The position numbers and the translations under genes are program-made. Below the pieces are notes generated by a model. It did no database searches and was not told the DNA's origin. It saw only the letters and a list, made by a program, of their open reading frames with translations. Positions 1-11,412 of a stretch of 64,000 nt of DNA are shown here, one piece after another. This stretch comes from an uncultured Candidatus Saccharibacteria bacterium (lineage in GTDB: Bacteria; Patescibacteriota; Minisyncoccia; Ryanbacterales; GWA2-47-10b): positions 4,664-68,663 of the forward strand of contig CAYHJF010000001.1 in NCBI GenBank assembly GCA_964356915.1, written 5' to 3'. The number at the start of each line of letters is the position of its first letter. The stretch's first letter is position 1.

Positions 1-2371
1 GCGCAGTGTCCGCAGTACCCTTACGTGCGCCGTGCGTTGAGATAAAGTACTCGAGCACCGAAAGTCCTTCTTTATAGCTGGAGAGGATAGGAAGTTCGAT
101 TGTACGACCAGATGGGTTCAAAACAAGTCCTTTCATACCCGCCATCTGACTTACTGAGTTCCATGATCCACGCGCACCTGCATCAACCATAGCGAATACA
201 GGACCTCCCGGATCAACGGTCTTTGGGATATGCGCCGATACGCGCTCTTTCACCTCAGACCAAACCTGAACTACCTTTTCATAGCGCTCATCATCAGTGA
301 GCAATCCTGTTTCGTAGTGTTCTTCAACAACACGTACCCGCTCTTCAGCTTCAGCAATTACTTCTTTTTTGATCTCTGGTACACGTAAATCATCCATGCC
401 CCAGCTCATACCTGATTTTGTTACATAATCAAAACCAATCTTCTTAATCTTATCAAGGATTGGAGGTAGTTCTGCCTGCCCATATTTACGAAGCAACTTT
501 CCAACAAGCTTCGTAATAGCCTTCTTACCAATCACTTCATTCACAAAGCCATAATCTTTTGGAATAGCCGTGTTGAAAATAATACGTCCAACGGATGTCT
601 CGAGGAATTCTTGGCCGTGGCCTTGATAAATTTTGAGCTTCGAGCGAAGTGCAATTTGATCCAAGTCATAGGCAAGTACCGCTTCATTTTTTGAAGCAAA
701 GATCTTTCCTTCACCGGAAGCGCCGTCTTCAATCTGCGTAAGCCAATAACATCCAAGAACCATGTCTTGAGATGGAACGGCGATCGCATCACCGGAACCC
801 GGCTTCAAAAGATTCTTTGTCGCAGCCATAATTTCCGCGGCTTCGCGTTGCGCCTCTTCGGTCAACGGAACATGAACTGCCATCTGGTCACCGTCGAAGT
901 CCGCATTAAACGCGGCACACACAAGCGGATGGAGCTGAATTGCATTACCCTCAATCAAGAGCGGTTGAAATGCCTGGATACCAAGACGATGCAATGTTGG
1001 AGCACGGTTTAACAAAACATATTTTCCAGCAATCACTTCTTCAAGCATTGCCCATACTTCTGACGACGCCTCATCAATTAAGCGCGTTGCGCTACGAATA
1101 TTAAAGGCAAGCCCTCGCTCAATAATTTTATTGATTACAAATGGCTTGAAAAGTTCGAGTGCCATATGCTTTGGAAGACCGCACTGGTGTAATTTAAGAT
1201 CGGGACCAACAACAATTACAGAACGCGCTGAATAATCAACGCGCTTTCCAAGTAAGTTTTGACGAAAACGCCCCTGCTTACCTTTGAGCATATCTGCAAG
1301 TGAGCGCAGTGGACGGCGCTGTGCCTGTGACGCCACAGGAGCCGCGCCGCGCTTGATCGAGTTATCGATCAAAGCATCAACCGCCTCTTGTAACATGCGT
1401 TTTTCATTACGCGTGATTACTTCGGGAGCCTTCAATTCGTAGAGTCGCTTCAAACGATTATTACGATTGATAACGCGGCGATACAAATCATTTACATCAG
1501 ACGTAGCATGTCGTCCACCATCAAGCGCCACCATTGGGCGAAGATCTGGCGGAATAACAGGAATTACCGTAAGAAACATCCACTCGGGACGCACGTGAGC
1601 GCGTTCCATGGCACGAACCATGCGTACACGCTGTAAAAGACGCTTTTTCTGAAGCGGAGGAGCGTCTTCAAGATCCTTATCGATTTCATCAGCAAGCTTT
1701 GTGAGATCAGTGCCTTCACAAATTTTACGCAATACTTCTGCTCCGGTACCTGCGGTAAAAACATTTCCATACTTAAGGGACAACCGATGATATTCAACCT
1801 CTGAAAGTACCGCGTGTAACTGAAGACTTTTAAGTTCGCTACGAGCGCGATCAAGGCCTTCCTTCAATGCTGACGTATCTTTCGCAGCCTTTGACTTTGC
1901 TTTATATTCACGCTCGATCTCGCGCACAACCTCTTCGCGAGCCTTTTCATCAACTGAAGTAACAATGTAGCCTGCGAAGTAAATAATACGCTCTAGATCT
2001 GCAATTGAGAGATCAAGCAATAAACCAATACGAGATGGAACTGAACGAACAAACCAAATATGTGCCACTGGCGAAGCAAGTTCGATATGACCCATGCGCT
2101 CGCGTCGGACCTGCGCCTTCGTCACCTCTACGCCACAGCGGTCACATACAATTCCCTTATAACGAATGCGACGATATTTACCACAGTAACACTCGTAGTC
2201 TTTTGTCGGCCCAAAGATTTTTTCACAAAACAAACCATCACGCTCAGGACGCTGCGTGCGATAGTTAATCGTTTCTGGCTTCGTCACCTCGCCTGCTGAC
2301 CACCCAAAAATATCTTGCGGAGAAGCGAGACGAATGGTGAGAGAGCCGAATTCACTTACTTGATGATCCAT
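1..2371 (-). CDS. rpoC: DNA-directed RNA polymerase subunit beta' (N-terminal ~790 aa; gene continues beyond window start)
   Basis: Reverse-complement translation from ATG at 2371..2369 gives [25 protein letters not shown]...[35 protein letters not shown] (zinc-binding motif)...[14 protein letters not shown] (catalytic Mg motif). No stop codon before coordinate 1, which explains its absence from the complete-ORF track. It lies 15 nt downstream of the rpoB stop. Confidence 0.9.
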   Translation of the reverse strand, partial: MDHQVSEFGSLTIRLASPQDIFGWSAGEVTKPETINYRTQRPERDGLFCEKIFGPTKDYECYCGKYRRIRYKGIVCDRCGVEVTKAQVRRERMGHIELASPVAHIWFVRSVPSRIGLLLDLSIADLERIIYFAGYIVTSVDEKAREEVVREIEREYKAKSKAAKDTSALKEGLDRARSELKSLQLHAVLSEVEYHRLSLKYGNVFTAGTGAEVLRKICEGTDLTKLADEIDKDLEDAPPLQKKRLLQRVRMVRAMERAHVRPEWMFLTVIPVIPPDLRPMVALDGGRHATSDVNDLYRRVINRNNRLKRLYELKAPEVITRNEKRMLQEAVDALIDNSIKRGAAPVASQAQRRPLRSLADMLKGKQGRFRQNLLGKRVDYSARSVIVVGPDLKLHQCGLPKHMALELFKPFVINKIIERGLAFNIRSATRLIDEASSEVWAMLEEVIAGKYVLLNRAPTLHRLGIQAFQPLLIEGNAIQLHPLVCAAFNADFDGDQMAVHVPLTEEAQREAAEIMAATKNLLKPGSGDAIAVPSQDMVLGCYWLTQIEDGASGEGKIFASKNEAVLAYDLDQIALRSKLKIYQGHGQEFLETSVGRIIFNTAIPKDYGFVNEVIGKKAITKLVGKLLRKYGQAELPPILDKIKKIGFDYVTKSGMSWGMDDLRVPEIKKEVIAEAEERVRVVEEHYETGLLTDDERYEKVVQVWSEVKERVSAHIPKTVDPGGPVFAMVDAGARGSWNSVSQMAGMKGLVLNPSGRTIELPILSSYKEGLSVLEYFISTHGARKGTADTA

Positions 2372-2386
2372 GTTCATATAGAATTC

Positions 2387-5300
2387 CTAGATTCTCTCGG
2401 CGCGCGACACACGACGAGCTGTTGTCTCAGAACGATCTTCTTCGTCTGAAATCTCATCTGAATGCGCCCGTGGCAAATTAGTAATCATAACATTCAACGC
2501 GAGACCTTTGAGTTCATTAAGTAGTACGTGGAAAGAAGCTGGCAAGTTCGGATTCTTCAATCGTTCTCCGCGAACAATTGCATCATAAATTGCAGCACGA
2601 CCCAATACGTCATCTGATTTAATTGTTAACATTTCCTGCAATGTGTGAGCGGCTCCATATCCTTCGAGCGCCCATACTTCCATTTCTCCAAAACGCTGTC
2701 CTCCACCCTGCGCCTTACCGCCGAGAGGTTGCTGTGTAATGAGAGAGTATGACCCGATCGAACGCATGTGAATCTTATCCTCAACCATGTGATTGAGCTT
2801 GAGCACATAAATCTTGCCGACCATCACGTCGCGATCAAAGCGCTCTCCTGTTCGCCCATCATAGAGCGGCACTTTTCCATTTTCTGGAATACCTGCTTTT
2901 TTCAATTCACCCGCGATTTCTTCTTCGGTCGGAGTGATAAATGGCGGACAGATTGCCTGATAACCAAGCTTCTCGGCAGCCCACCCAAGATGAGTTTCGA
3001 GAATTTGCCCGAGGTTCATACGAGACGCGACACCGAGTGGATTCAAAATAATATCTACTGGCGTACCGTCAGCCAAATGTGGCATATCCTCTTCAGGTAA
3101 TACTTTTGAAATAACACCCTTGTTTCCGTGTCGTCCTGCAAGCTTATCACCGACAGAAATTTTACGGAGCTGTGCCACTTCAACATGAATACGCTTAATA
3201 ACACCTGTCTCCAATCGATGTCCCTGGTCACGTGAGAATACTTTAATACCGACTACGCGTCCGCGCTTACCGTGTGGCATGCGAAGCGATGTATCTTTAA
3301 CTTCTTTTGCCTTCTCGCCGAAAATTGCGCGCAAGAGTCGTTCTTCGGGAGTAAGATCTGATTCTCCTTTTGGAGTAATTTTACCGATCAAAATATCGCC
3401 TGCGCGCACCTCTGCACCAACACGAATGATACCGTCTTCGTCGAGATCTTTGAGCTTTTCTTCACCGACATTCGGAATATCGTGCGTTGTCACTTCTTCA
3501 CCGAGTTTCGTATCACGTACGTCAAGAGTGAATTCTTCAACGTGGATTGAAGAAAAGCGATCGTGCTTAACTAATTTTTCAGAAATAATAATTGCGTCTT
3601 CAAATGTAGCACCGCCCCATGAAAGGAATGAGACAAGTAAGTTTTGACCGAGTGCGAGCTCTCCCCCATCTGTTGAGGAATTATCAGCAAGCACCTGACC
3701 CTTCGTCACGCGTTCTCCAACATTCACAATGGGACGATGATGCAGTGCTGTATCTTGGTTTGAGCGAGCATAACTAATCAAGTTATATTCTCGATCACGA
3801 TGGCCTGTTTTTATTGTGATTTTTTTTGCATCAACATACGTTACTTTGCCATCTTCATCGGCAAGAACCAAAAGACCTGAGTCATGTGCAGCAGGACCTT
3901 CGAATCCTGTTGCCACCAAGGGTGCTTGTGGCTTCACACATGGCACTGCTTGGCGTTGCATGTTTGAACCCATGAGTGCTCGGTTTGCATCATCATGACC
4001 AAGAAACGGGATCAATGCGGTCGCAATACTAAATGCTTGCGCGGGAGAAACATCAATGAAATTAATTTCTTCGCGCGGTACACGTTTTGGCTGTCCCTTA
4101 ATACGGGCTTCCACTTCTTCATCGAGTAAGTGTCCCTTCTCATTATAATCAACACCTGCATGTGCGATTGCGTACAACGCTTCTTCGTGTGCGGTTAAAT
4201 AAACTATTTCTTCTGTAATCTTTCCTCCTGTCACCTTTCGATACGGAGTCTCAATCAAACCAAAATTATTTACGCGCGCATGCGTTGCCAAGTGACTTAC
4301 CAAACCAATATTTGGACCCTCTGGCGTTTGAATTGGACAAATACGCCCGTAGTGTGACGGATGTACGTCGCGTACCTCAAAACCTGCACGTTCGCGCGTA
4401 AGACCTCCAGGTCCGAGCGCAGACAAACGACGCTTATGCTCAAGCTGTGAGAGCACGTTGATTTGATCCATAAATTGAGAGAGCTGGTTGGTTGTGAAAA
4501 ATTCTTTCAAAACCGACATGAATGGACGCGCATTAACCAACTGCACGGGAGTAATGGCATCTGGCTCAAGTGTGGACATACGATCCTGAATATTCCGCTC
4601 CATGCGAGCAAGCCCCACACGTAAACGATTCTGGAGCATCTCTCCCATTGCGCGTACGCGACGATGCCCGAGATGATCAATATCATCTTCAACCTCATCA
4701 GGAGTATTATTCTTTCGAATAATCTCGCCAATCGTTAACATTAAATCTTTTTGTGTAAGCGTGCGAACCTCTTCCTTTCCTCCTCCAAGCGACTTAAATC
4801 GAAGATTCATCTTATATCGCCCAACTGCGGAAAGGTCATATCGATCAGGTGAAAACATCGCCGTGATTAATTGACGCGCATTATCAATTGCGGCCATTTC
4901 ACCTGGACGAATACGGCGATAGATTTCGATATACGCCTCGTCTTGAGTTGTCGTTGTATCTTTTTTAAGAGTCGCCTCGATAGAATTAAGCGCGTCGTCT
5001 GTTATATGTTCAAATGCCTTTCTAATGGCATCATTTGTTGCAAGCCCAAAAATACGAAGTAAGATACTGATCGGGAATTTACGTTTACGATCAATCTTCG
5101 CCCAAATTGCTCCATCCGCGTCACTTTCAAGTTCGAGCCATACGCCGCGATTCGGGATTACTTTGGCACCAAAACGACGCTTCGCACGATAATATTCAGC
5201 AGTAAAGTACACGCCGAATGACCGTGCAAGCTGAGAAACAATAACACGCTCAATACCATTAATCACAAAAGTACCGTGATTCGTCATCACAGGAAAATCC

Positions 5301-5632
5301 GCAAAGAAAATTTCTTGCGTTTTAATCTCGCCTGTACGCTTATTAGTCAATCGTACTTTAACGCGTAATGGAGCTTCATATGAGAGGTTATTTGCCTTCG
5401 CATGATGCTCGTCAAACTTTGGCTCTTCGAGGGTATAATCAAGAAATTCAAGCTGAAGCTCTTTGCCAGTAAAATCCTCGATCGGATTAAACTCATCGAG
5501 CAACTCACGAAACCCATGCTCCAAAAACCACTTGTAAGAATTGAGCTGCGTCTCTGCTAAGTGTGGCAGTGGCGCAAGTGACTCTTTGTAACGCGAAAAA
5601 TACTTTTTTTGCATAGAGTCTTTATATGACAT
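2387..5632 (-). CDS. rpoB: DNA-directed RNA polymerase subunit beta
   Basis: 1081-aa ORF with conserved RpoB blocks throughout. A GGAGGGG Shine-Dalgarno sits 5 nt upstream of the ATG at 5632. Confidence 0.97.
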   Translation of the reverse strand: MSYKDSMQKKYFSRYKESLAPLPHLAETQLNSYKWFLEHGFRELLDEFNPIEDFTGKELQLEFLDYTLEEPKFDEHHAKANNLSYEAPLRVKVRLTNKRTGEIKTQEIFFADFPVMTNHGTFVINGIERVIVSQLARSFGVYFTAEYYRAKRRFGAKVIPNRGVWLELESDADGAIWAKIDRKRKFPISILLRIFGLATNDAIRKAFEHITDDALNSIEATLKKDTTTTQDEAYIEIYRRIRPGEMAAIDNARQLITAMFSPDRYDLSAVGRYKMNLRFKSLGGGKEEVRTLTQKDLMLTIGEIIRKNNTPDEVEDDIDHLGHRRVRAMGEMLQNRLRVGLARMERNIQDRMSTLEPDAITPVQLVNARPFMSVLKEFFTTNQLSQFMDQINVLSQLEHKRRLSALGPGGLTRERAGFEVRDVHPSHYGRICPIQTPEGPNIGLVSHLATHARVNNFGLIETPYRKVTGGKITEEIVYLTAHEEALYAIAHAGVDYNEKGHLLDEEVEARIKGQPKRVPREEINFIDVSPAQAFSIATALIPFLGHDDANRALMGSNMQRQAVPCVKPQAPLVATGFEGPAAHDSGLLVLADEDGKVTYVDAKKITIKTGHRDREYNLISYARSNQDTALHHRPIVNVGERVTKGQVLADNSSTDGGELALGQNLLVSFLSWGGATFEDAIIISEKLVKHDRFSSIHVEEFTLDVRDTKLGEEVTTHDIPNVGEEKLKDLDEDGIIRVGAEVRAGDILIGKITPKGESDLTPEERLLRAIFGEKAKEVKDTSLRMPHGKRGRVVGIKVFSRDQGHRLETGVIKRIHVEVAQLRKISVGDKLAGRHGNKGVISKVLPEEDMPHLADGTPVDIILNPLGVASRMNLGQILETHLGWAAEKLGYQAICPPFITPTEEEIAGELKKAGIPENGKVPLYDGRTGERFDRDVMVGKIYVLKLNHMVEDKIHMRSIGSYSLITQQPLGGKAQGGGQRFGEMEVWALEGYGAAHTLQEMLTIKSDDVLGRAAIYDAIVRGERLKNPNLPASFHVLLNELKGLALNVMITNLPRAHSDEISDEEDRSETTARRVSRAERI

Positions 5633-5820
5633 AAAAACCCCTCCCTTCCGCTTGTGTTCAGGGTTTTTTGCTATTAAAAATGGTTACTATAAGAGTAAAC
5701 CACGCGATTGGATTGATTTGATGAGGTTTGTCCGATACATACCGTGACCCATCCTTGTTCGTAACAGACAAAACACACCAGTGCGGAATATGCGCATTAT
5801 ACGCGCAAGCTGAATATCTG

Positions 5821-6693
5821 TCAAGCTCCTGAATGACGCCAGCGAGCGATAGAAACCAAAAGAGGGCTGGCAATGAAAATTGACGAATACGTACCAACCC
5901 CAATGCCAAGAATTAATGTAAGCGCAAGGTTTTTAGTCGCCTCACCACCAAAAATATACACCGCAACCATGGAAAGGAGCGTGGTCAATGATGTATTAAT
6001 CGATCGACTAATCGTCTCACGGAGACTCTGATCAACGAGTGTCTCAAATTTTTCCTTACCTCCACGGCGCAGATGCTCGCGAACGCGGTCGAAGACAACG
6101 ATTGTATCGTGTACGGAAAACCCAATTACCGTTAATACTGCGGTAATAAAGAGCGCATCAACTTGAATTCTAAAATATGAGAAAACACCGATCGGGATAA
6201 TAACGTCATGGAAGAGCGCAACAACAGCGACAACACCGTAAATCCACGAAGGCAACGGATGAGATACTTTACGAAAGGCCCAGGCAATATACAAAATGAT
6301 AGCAATAAGCGCGATCGTAACTGAAATGACAGCATTGCGCCGTAGCTGATGACCCACCGATGGTCCCGTAGAAGAAAAACTCTTTTCTTCTACACTTCCG
6401 TCCTTACGAAGAGCTTCGAGTAATACATCGTGTTTTTCTTGGGTAAGATATTCTGTACGAATTATTGCGTCAGATCCATTAAACTGGATTGACGAATGAG
6501 AAATGCCCGCGCTCTTAATTGTTTGGCCGACTGCCTCTGCTGACCGCTCAGAGTTAAAGTGTATAGATAATACTGCATCTCCTGTAAAATCAGAGCCTAA
6601 ATTAATACCACGCGTCACAAGTGACAAAGCCGCAGCAGAGAAGAGAACTGCGGAAAGTATGTAAAATATTTTACGTGATCGTACAATGCTCAT
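5821..6693 (-). CDS. secF: protein translocase subunit SecF
   Basis: 290 aa with multi-TM SecF-like topology. Immediately downstream of secD. Confidence 0.88.
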   Translation of the reverse strand: MSIVRSRKIFYILSAVLFSAAALSLVTRGINLGSDFTGDAVLSIHFNSERSAEAVGQTIKSAGISHSSIQFNGSDAIIRTEYLTQEKHDVLLEALRKDGSVEEKSFSSTGPSVGHQLRRNAVISVTIALIAIILYIAWAFRKVSHPLPSWIYGVVAVVALFHDVIIPIGVFSYFRIQVDALFITAVLTVIGFSVHDTIVVFDRVREHLRRGGKEKFETLVDQSLRETISRSINTSLTTLLSMVAVYIFGGEATKNLALTLILGIGVGTYSSIFIASPLLVSIARWRHSGA

Positions 6694-6696
6694 AAA

Positions 6697-7986
6697 TTAT
6701 GGTTTGAGATTAAAGCCACTTGCATAGAAGAAACCTCCCGCCCCCTGTTTACGTGAGTGAAACGCTCGCAAAAATGTGCGCGTAACCGTAATAGCAGAGA
6801 ACATGGAAATCGCGACACCTAAGCCAAGCGTAAGTGCAAACCCCTTCACCGCATCAGACCCGAAGTACCATAGAATAACTGCGGTAATAAGACTTGATGC
6901 ATTAGAATCTCGAATGGACGTCCACGCGCGCTCAAAACCCTCTTCAATAGCAGCACCTAGCGTCTTTCCTTTTCGCAGTTCTTCTTTCATGCGTTCAAAA
7001 ATTAAAATATTTGCATCAACTGCCATGCCAATTGAAAGTACAAAGCCAGCAATACCTGCAGTCGAAAATGTCACGGGAATGAGCTTGAACACACTAAGTG
7101 AAATGGCAGTATATACACCAAGAGCAAGCACTGCGACTAATCCCGGCAATCGATACCACGCAATCATAAAACCAATAACAAAGAGAAGTCCAACAACTGC
7201 AGCAAAGAAACTTTGGCGTAGTGACGCCTCTCCGTGAGCCGGTTCCACTGTTTGCTGTGATATCAACTCAATGGGCACTGGCAACGCTCCTGAATTCAAG
7301 CGCTGGACAAGTGTACGCGCCTCTTCGGTAGTAAACCTACCTGTAATACGTGCCTTTCCTCCAGAAATTTTCTCCTGAACTACAGGAATGCTGATCGGCG
7401 CTCCATCAAGATAGATAGCAATGCTCTTTCCTACATTTTGCGCGGTAAGCTCTTCAAAAAGCCTTGCACCTTCTGAATTAAAAATTAATTCAACGAATGG
7501 GCCGGCCGTCGGGTCAAATTGTAAAGCTGCCCGCTCAACAAAGCGTCCCGTAAGCTCCGTGGGAACATAGACTACTTGTGCCTCCGTTGATGTACCAAGT
7601 TTAAGCTCTTGTGCTGTACGAAACTCTACGTATGGAGTCTCACCGATAAGCGCGATCGCCTCCTTTGCGTCAAAAACGCCAGCAAGCTGTACTTGCAAAC
7701 GATCTTCCTCGCGCGTCCGCTCCACTCTTACGAGCGGTTCGGCAACACCAAAAAAGTTTACTCGACGCTCAACAACGTCACGTAACCCCTCGAGCGCCTC
7801 TGCCCGCTTACTATCTTCAATCTTTGAAAGATCGGCGCGATAGGTCAGATGTACTCCTCCTTTCAAATCAAGTCCGAGTCGAAATGGAACGTTAAACCAT
7901 TCGGGAGCGCCCCATTTTGGATAGACAAAATACCCGGCGGCAAGACCGAGTACAACGAGACCAAGAGCAGCAAGTCGTATTTTCAT
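6697..7986 (-). CDS. secD: protein translocase subunit SecD
   Basis: 429 aa with an N-terminal TM segment, a large periplasmic domain and a C-terminal TM bundle. Gene order is secD-secF. Confidence 0.88.
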   Translation of the reverse strand: MKIRLAALGLVVLGLAAGYFVYPKWGAPEWFNVPFRLGLDLKGGVHLTYRADLSKIEDSKRAEALEGLRDVVERRVNFFGVAEPLVRVERTREEDRLQVQLAGVFDAKEAIALIGETPYVEFRTAQELKLGTSTEAQVVYVPTELTGRFVERAALQFDPTAGPFVELIFNSEGARLFEELTAQNVGKSIAIYLDGAPISIPVVQEKISGGKARITGRFTTEEARTLVQRLNSGALPVPIELISQQTVEPAHGEASLRQSFFAAVVGLLFVIGFMIAWYRLPGLVAVLALGVYTAISLSVFKLIPVTFSTAGIAGFVLSIGMAVDANILIFERMKEELRKGKTLGAAIEEGFERAWTSIRDSNASSLITAVILWYFGSDAVKGFALTLGLGVAISMFSAITVTRTFLRAFHSRKQGAGGFFYASGFNLKP

Positions 7987-8049
7987 AAAGGAAAATAATG
8001 AAAGTTATTATACCCCAACGAATACTCCGAAAGCAAGTTTCAGACACCC

Positions 8050-8078
8050 TTGCAAAAACATGCTGCCATGACTAGAAT
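8050..8078 (+). promoter_or_regulatory. sigma70-like promoter for the 8106 operon (TTGCAA-17nt-TAGAAT)
   Basis: -35 TTGCAA at 8050-8055 and -10 TAGAAT at 8073-8078 with 17-nt spacing. AGAAAGGA ribosome-binding site precedes the ATG at 8106. Lies in the divergent intergenic region shared with secD. Confidence 0.4.
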
Positions 8079-8105
8079 CGCCCTAGAAGAAAGGAATGTG
8101 TCCGT

Positions 8106-8654
8106 ATGGACCTACCTACTCAATCTGCTCATTTTACTAGAAAGATCATTACCAATTATGGTGTACTCAAGAGAGTAACGAATGGTCTACGCGCGGCTAA
8201 TCGCAAAGTCGTCGTAACAATTGGATCGTGGGACATGCTCCATATCGGCCACCTACGCTATCTTGCAAGAGCAAAATCTTTTGGCGACGTTCTTATCGTA
8301 GGCGCTGATAGTGATAGAGCTATTCGCAGATATAAAGGGCCGCATCGTCCAGTCATACCTGAAACAGAACGAATGGAGATGTTAAGCTATCAAGCATTCG
8401 TTGATTACGTAACAATCATCGATGACGTTACAATCCAAGGACTCTGGCAATATGGACTTTTGCGTGCGCTGCATCCGGATATATTTATCGCAGTAAAAGA
8501 TAGCTATCCGAGATCACAACGACAGGCAATCGCAAAACTCGTTGGCACACTTAAGGTGCTTCCGCGTCAAGCGGAACATACATCATCTACCGATGTATTT
8601 CAAAGACTTATTCATGAGCTTCCTCATCTCATATCTATCTTGGATCGACGATGA
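8106..8654 (+). CDS. cytidylyltransferase-like nucleotidyltransferase (TagD / RfaE-domain-II family)
   Basis: GSWDMLHIGHLRYL matches the (T/S)xxDxxHxGH nucleotidyltransferase signature. Its stop overlaps the next start (ATGA). Confidence 0.7.
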   Translation: MDLPTQSAHFTRKIITNYGVLKRVTNGLRAANRKVVVTIGSWDMLHIGHLRYLARAKSFGDVLIVGADSDRAIRRYKGPHRPVIPETERMEMLSYQAFVDYVTIIDDVTIQGLWQYGLLRALHPDIFIAVKDSYPRSQRQAIAKLVGTLKVLPRQAEHTSSTDVFQRLIHELPHLISILDRR

Positions 8655-9487
8655 GAAAACCAACCAAGTCTGTCCTTTTGCTCTATATCCCTGTTCTGCA
8701 TGCCGGATATATTAGACTACTAAGTCTCTACCAAGACTCCGTGGAAGGACTATGGATTGTCGGCCGATCGCTTGCTGACGAACATGCCTTTCTCGAGCGC
8801 GAAATTCGTGCTCTTCCACCCGATCTAATACAAAAGGCTGTAAAAGCAATCTACGCTTTTGGATTTGTATCTGTTCTTGGCAAAAGAAATGCTCGTCACC
8901 TCAATGGCTATAAAATCATTACTGCTGACGAGGCACTTATGCGCCGGATTACGGCAAGATATTGGCCTCACGCATCCATTACATTCGATACATCTTTTTT
9001 ACGATGGGATGAAAGTCACGTCGACACAAAGACACCCGTCGGATATGATCGTGCGAGCATAGCGCCCGAAGATCGAGAGTGGATGCATCAAGCACGCTTT
9101 GAGTCGAGAGAAAGTTCTGACTGGTGGCGACACGTCGGAGCGGTTGTACCAATCGATCAAGACGCTCTTTCGGCTCATAACATACACCTGCCAACAGAAT
9201 ATGCTCCTTATGCGTTTGGCGATATCCGAGACTTTATTCCTGCTGGAACTCGAAGTGAGATTTCATCCGCTATTCATGCAGAAAAACGAGTTATCGCAGA
9301 GGCAGCACGTCGAGGTATTTCACTCGGTGGTCGCTCTATCTATGTCACAACATTTCCTTGTTCCGATTGTGCACGCATGATTGCCCTATCCGGTATTCGT
9401 CGCTGCTATTTCGGAGGAGGTCATGCTTCATTCGACGGTGCGACTATCCTGAAAGCATCTGGCGTTGAGCTCATCTATGTTCAATAA
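8651..9487 (+). CDS. dCMP / cytidine deaminase-domain protein with ~150-aa N-terminal domain of unknown function
   Basis: C-terminal HAEKRVIAEAAR...TTFPCSDCARMI is the zinc-binding CDA/dCMP-deaminase motif (H-A-E ... PC-x2-C). The N-terminal half has no motif I recognise. Confidence 0.7.
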   Translation: MRKPTKSVLLLYIPVLHAGYIRLLSLYQDSVEGLWIVGRSLADEHAFLEREIRALPPDLIQKAVKAIYAFGFVSVLGKRNARHLNGYKIITADEALMRRITARYWPHASITFDTSFLRWDESHVDTKTPVGYDRASIAPEDREWMHQARFESRESSDWWRHVGAVVPIDQDALSAHNIHLPTEYAPYAFGDIRDFIPAGTRSEISSAIHAEKRVIAEAARRGISLGGRSIYVTTFPCSDCARMIALSGIRRCYFGGGHASFDGATILKASGVELIYVQ

Positions 9488-9502
9488 AGAAATAATAAAA
9501 CA

Positions 9503-9530
9503 ACCTGCACAAAGTGCAGGTTTTTTGTTT
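9503..9530. terminator. bidirectional rho-independent terminator
   Basis: ACCTGCAC-aaa-GTGCAGGT hairpin followed by TTTTTTGTTTT. Sits between the convergent deaminase (+) and HIT (-) genes. Confidence 0.6.
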
Positions 9531-10048
9531 TAACCAATTGGAAATTCTACAACTAACGCGCGCCCTTTTTTAGGACACAGCTTCGGCACAATCAAATGAG
9601 CATGCATATGCACAACAGTAGCCCCCGTAAGACGCGTATCTCCAAAACGCATCGCAAGAGCCCCTCCGCGGATATGATATTGGCAAGCTACATGCCGCGC
9701 AAGATACAAAAGAGCCGCCATATCACGCGCAGTCATCTGGGCGAGCGTCACGCGATGCTTCTCTCCAATAAGCAGAAAGTGATACCGCGTATTTTTATAC
9801 GGCCAACTAATTCTCGTAATAATCCATCCATTCCGTCGAGCGAGAATTGAATGTTTATGATACCGAAAATTTTTCGGGCAAAAAGGACATGCGCCCTTCT
9901 TTGCAATCGTCGCGAGTACGCGGCGATATTCACTCCCACGAGCATTTCTAGCATCAACAACGACTCGACGTACTCTAGAGCGCAACGGGGATCCCTCTAA
10001 TAGCCGGAAGTGGATCGTAATCGAGAAGCGTAAAGTCATCAAACGCAA
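9530..10048 (-). CDS. HIT-family hydrolase (histidine triad)
   Basis: HMHAHLIV is an HxHxHxx histidine triad, with a CPFC zinc motif upstream. The annotated ATG overlaps the thyA 3' end by 74 nt, so the true start is uncertain. Confidence 0.7.
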   Translation of the reverse strand: MRLMTLRFSITIHFRLLEGSPLRSRVRRVVVDARNARGSEYRRVLATIAKKGACPFCPKNFRYHKHSILARRNGWIITRISWPYKNTRYHFLLIGEKHRVTLAQMTARDMAALLYLARHVACQYHIRGGALAMRFGDTRLTGATVVHMHAHLIVPKLCPKKGRALVVEFPIG

Positions 10049-10805
10049 ACTTATTGATATCCCTAATATCAGGATTCAACAGAACTTGGGGAAGAGCTCG
10101 CGGTTCACGTTTCATCTGCTCTTCCGCAAATGGAATTTGATCCAGATAGATATGTGTATCGGAAAGTGTGTGTACGAACTCATATGGTTTGTACCCTGTC
10201 ACCTGCCCAACCATATGAAGCAAAAGTGAATATGACGCAATGTTAAACGGAATGCCAATGATCACGTCAGCACTCCGCTGAAAGAGATGAAGAGAAATCT
10301 TGCCATCCGCCACAAAAAATTTGAAAAGGCAGTGGCATGGAGCAACGAATACTCGATTAGCATCTTCTGGATTCCATGCACTCACCACAAGTCGCCGTGA
10401 GTCAGGGAACTGTCTGATTTCCGCGATCACACCTGCAATCTGATCGATCACACCACCATCACGCGTACGCCACGATCTCCACTGTGGCCCGTAGATAGGT
10501 CCCAAATCACCAATCGGAAGACCGAGCTGACGACAAATATCTGGCGTCGCCCATTGGTCCCACAGATGCACGCCGTGTTTATTCAGGTCATCTACGTTAC
10601 TCGAACCTGAAAGAAACCAAAGCAACTCATGTACGAGCGCCTTCCACGATCCCTTCAAACTCCGCGTCGTAATAAGTGGGAATCCTTCCTGCAGATTAAA
10701 GCGCATTTGATATCCAAACACTGCGATATTGCCAACGCCTTGCGGGTCACCTTTTCGCACGCCGTGCGTCAGCACATGCTGTACCAAGTCAAGGTACTGT
10801 TTCAT
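9975..10805 (-). CDS. thyA: thymidylate synthase
   Basis: 276 aa. Contains a C-H-C active-site triplet where ThyA has its catalytic cysteine (P-C-H in canonical ThyA), plus conserved ThyA blocks. Confidence 0.95.
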   Translation of the reverse strand: MKQYLDLVQHVLTHGVRKGDPQGVGNIAVFGYQMRFNLQEGFPLITTRSLKGSWKALVHELLWFLSGSSNVDDLNKHGVHLWDQWATPDICRQLGLPIGDLGPIYGPQWRSWRTRDGGVIDQIAGVIAEIRQFPDSRRLVVSAWNPEDANRVFVAPCHCLFKFFVADGKISLHLFQRSADVIIGIPFNIASYSLLLHMVGQVTGYKPYEFVHTLSDTHIYLDQIPFAEEQMKREPRALPQVLLNPDIRDINKFAFDDFTLLDYDPLPAIRGIPVAL

Positions 10806-10857
10806 TCTGCCGGCACTCTATCACGTCAATAAAAAAAGGCAACCTTATGCGGTTACC

Positions 10858-11412
10858 CTATTCACATCGTCTATAAATATCGAAAGAAAGCATTGTACCC
10901 TTCCACTGCACAAGCTGGACCGGCTGAACTCTCTGCCACTCTCGTTCATTATATCCCGAGAATATTGTATCGCCCTCATATTCGGCATCGATACGCGTAA
11001 GATATAAAAATTGCGCACTCGGCAACGCTTCACGATAAATTTCCGCTCCACCAATCACAAATATCATTGATTCTGTATCATCGGCATGAGTGTTCGCAGC
11101 TTGGCAGGCAAGCTGTAATGCCTGACCAAATGAAGTTGCGCGTACACATCCCTCGACCTTTGGCGCCTCGAAAGAAGCGTTGCGTGTCAGAATGATATTG
11201 GTCCGGAATGGCAATGGCCTAGAGCTAAGTCCGTCAGTAAACGTTCTTCGCCCCATGATGATTGGATTGCCCATTGTATGCTTACGAAACCATTGAAGAT
11301 CTGGAGGAATTTTTGGCCACGGCAACTTACCCCGATAACCAATAACCCCATTTCTATCCATCGCAACAATAATCGCAATCCGCCTCAACACAAGCTCATC
11401 TCTTGTTGACAT
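10858..11412 (-). CDS. folA: dihydrofolate reductase
   Basis: Begins IAIIVAMDRNGVIGYRGKLPWP...GRRTF...VIGGAEIY. The likely start is the internal ATG at 11412 (MSTRDEL), which has a GGAG 7 nt upstream; the ORF-track start at 11457 is probably an extension. Confidence 0.9.
   Translation of the reverse strand: MSTRDELVLRRIAIIVAMDRNGVIGYRGKLPWPKIPPDLQWFRKHTMGNPIIMGRRTFTDGLSSRPLPFRTNIILTRNASFEAPKVEGCVRATSFGQALQLACQAANTHADDTESMIFVIGGAEIYREALPSAQFLYLTRIDAEYEGDTIFSGYNEREWQRVQPVQLVQWKGTMLSFDIYRRCE

Noticed and set aside
5636-5680. AAAAACCC...GGGTTTTT inverted repeat in the rpoB leader as a terminator or attenuator
   Set aside because: The 20-nt loop contains the rpoB Shine-Dalgarno sequence. A leader structure is possible, but the loop is too large and the context too ambiguous to call a terminator or attenuator. 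It is noted only in passing under the operon-rearrangement finding.
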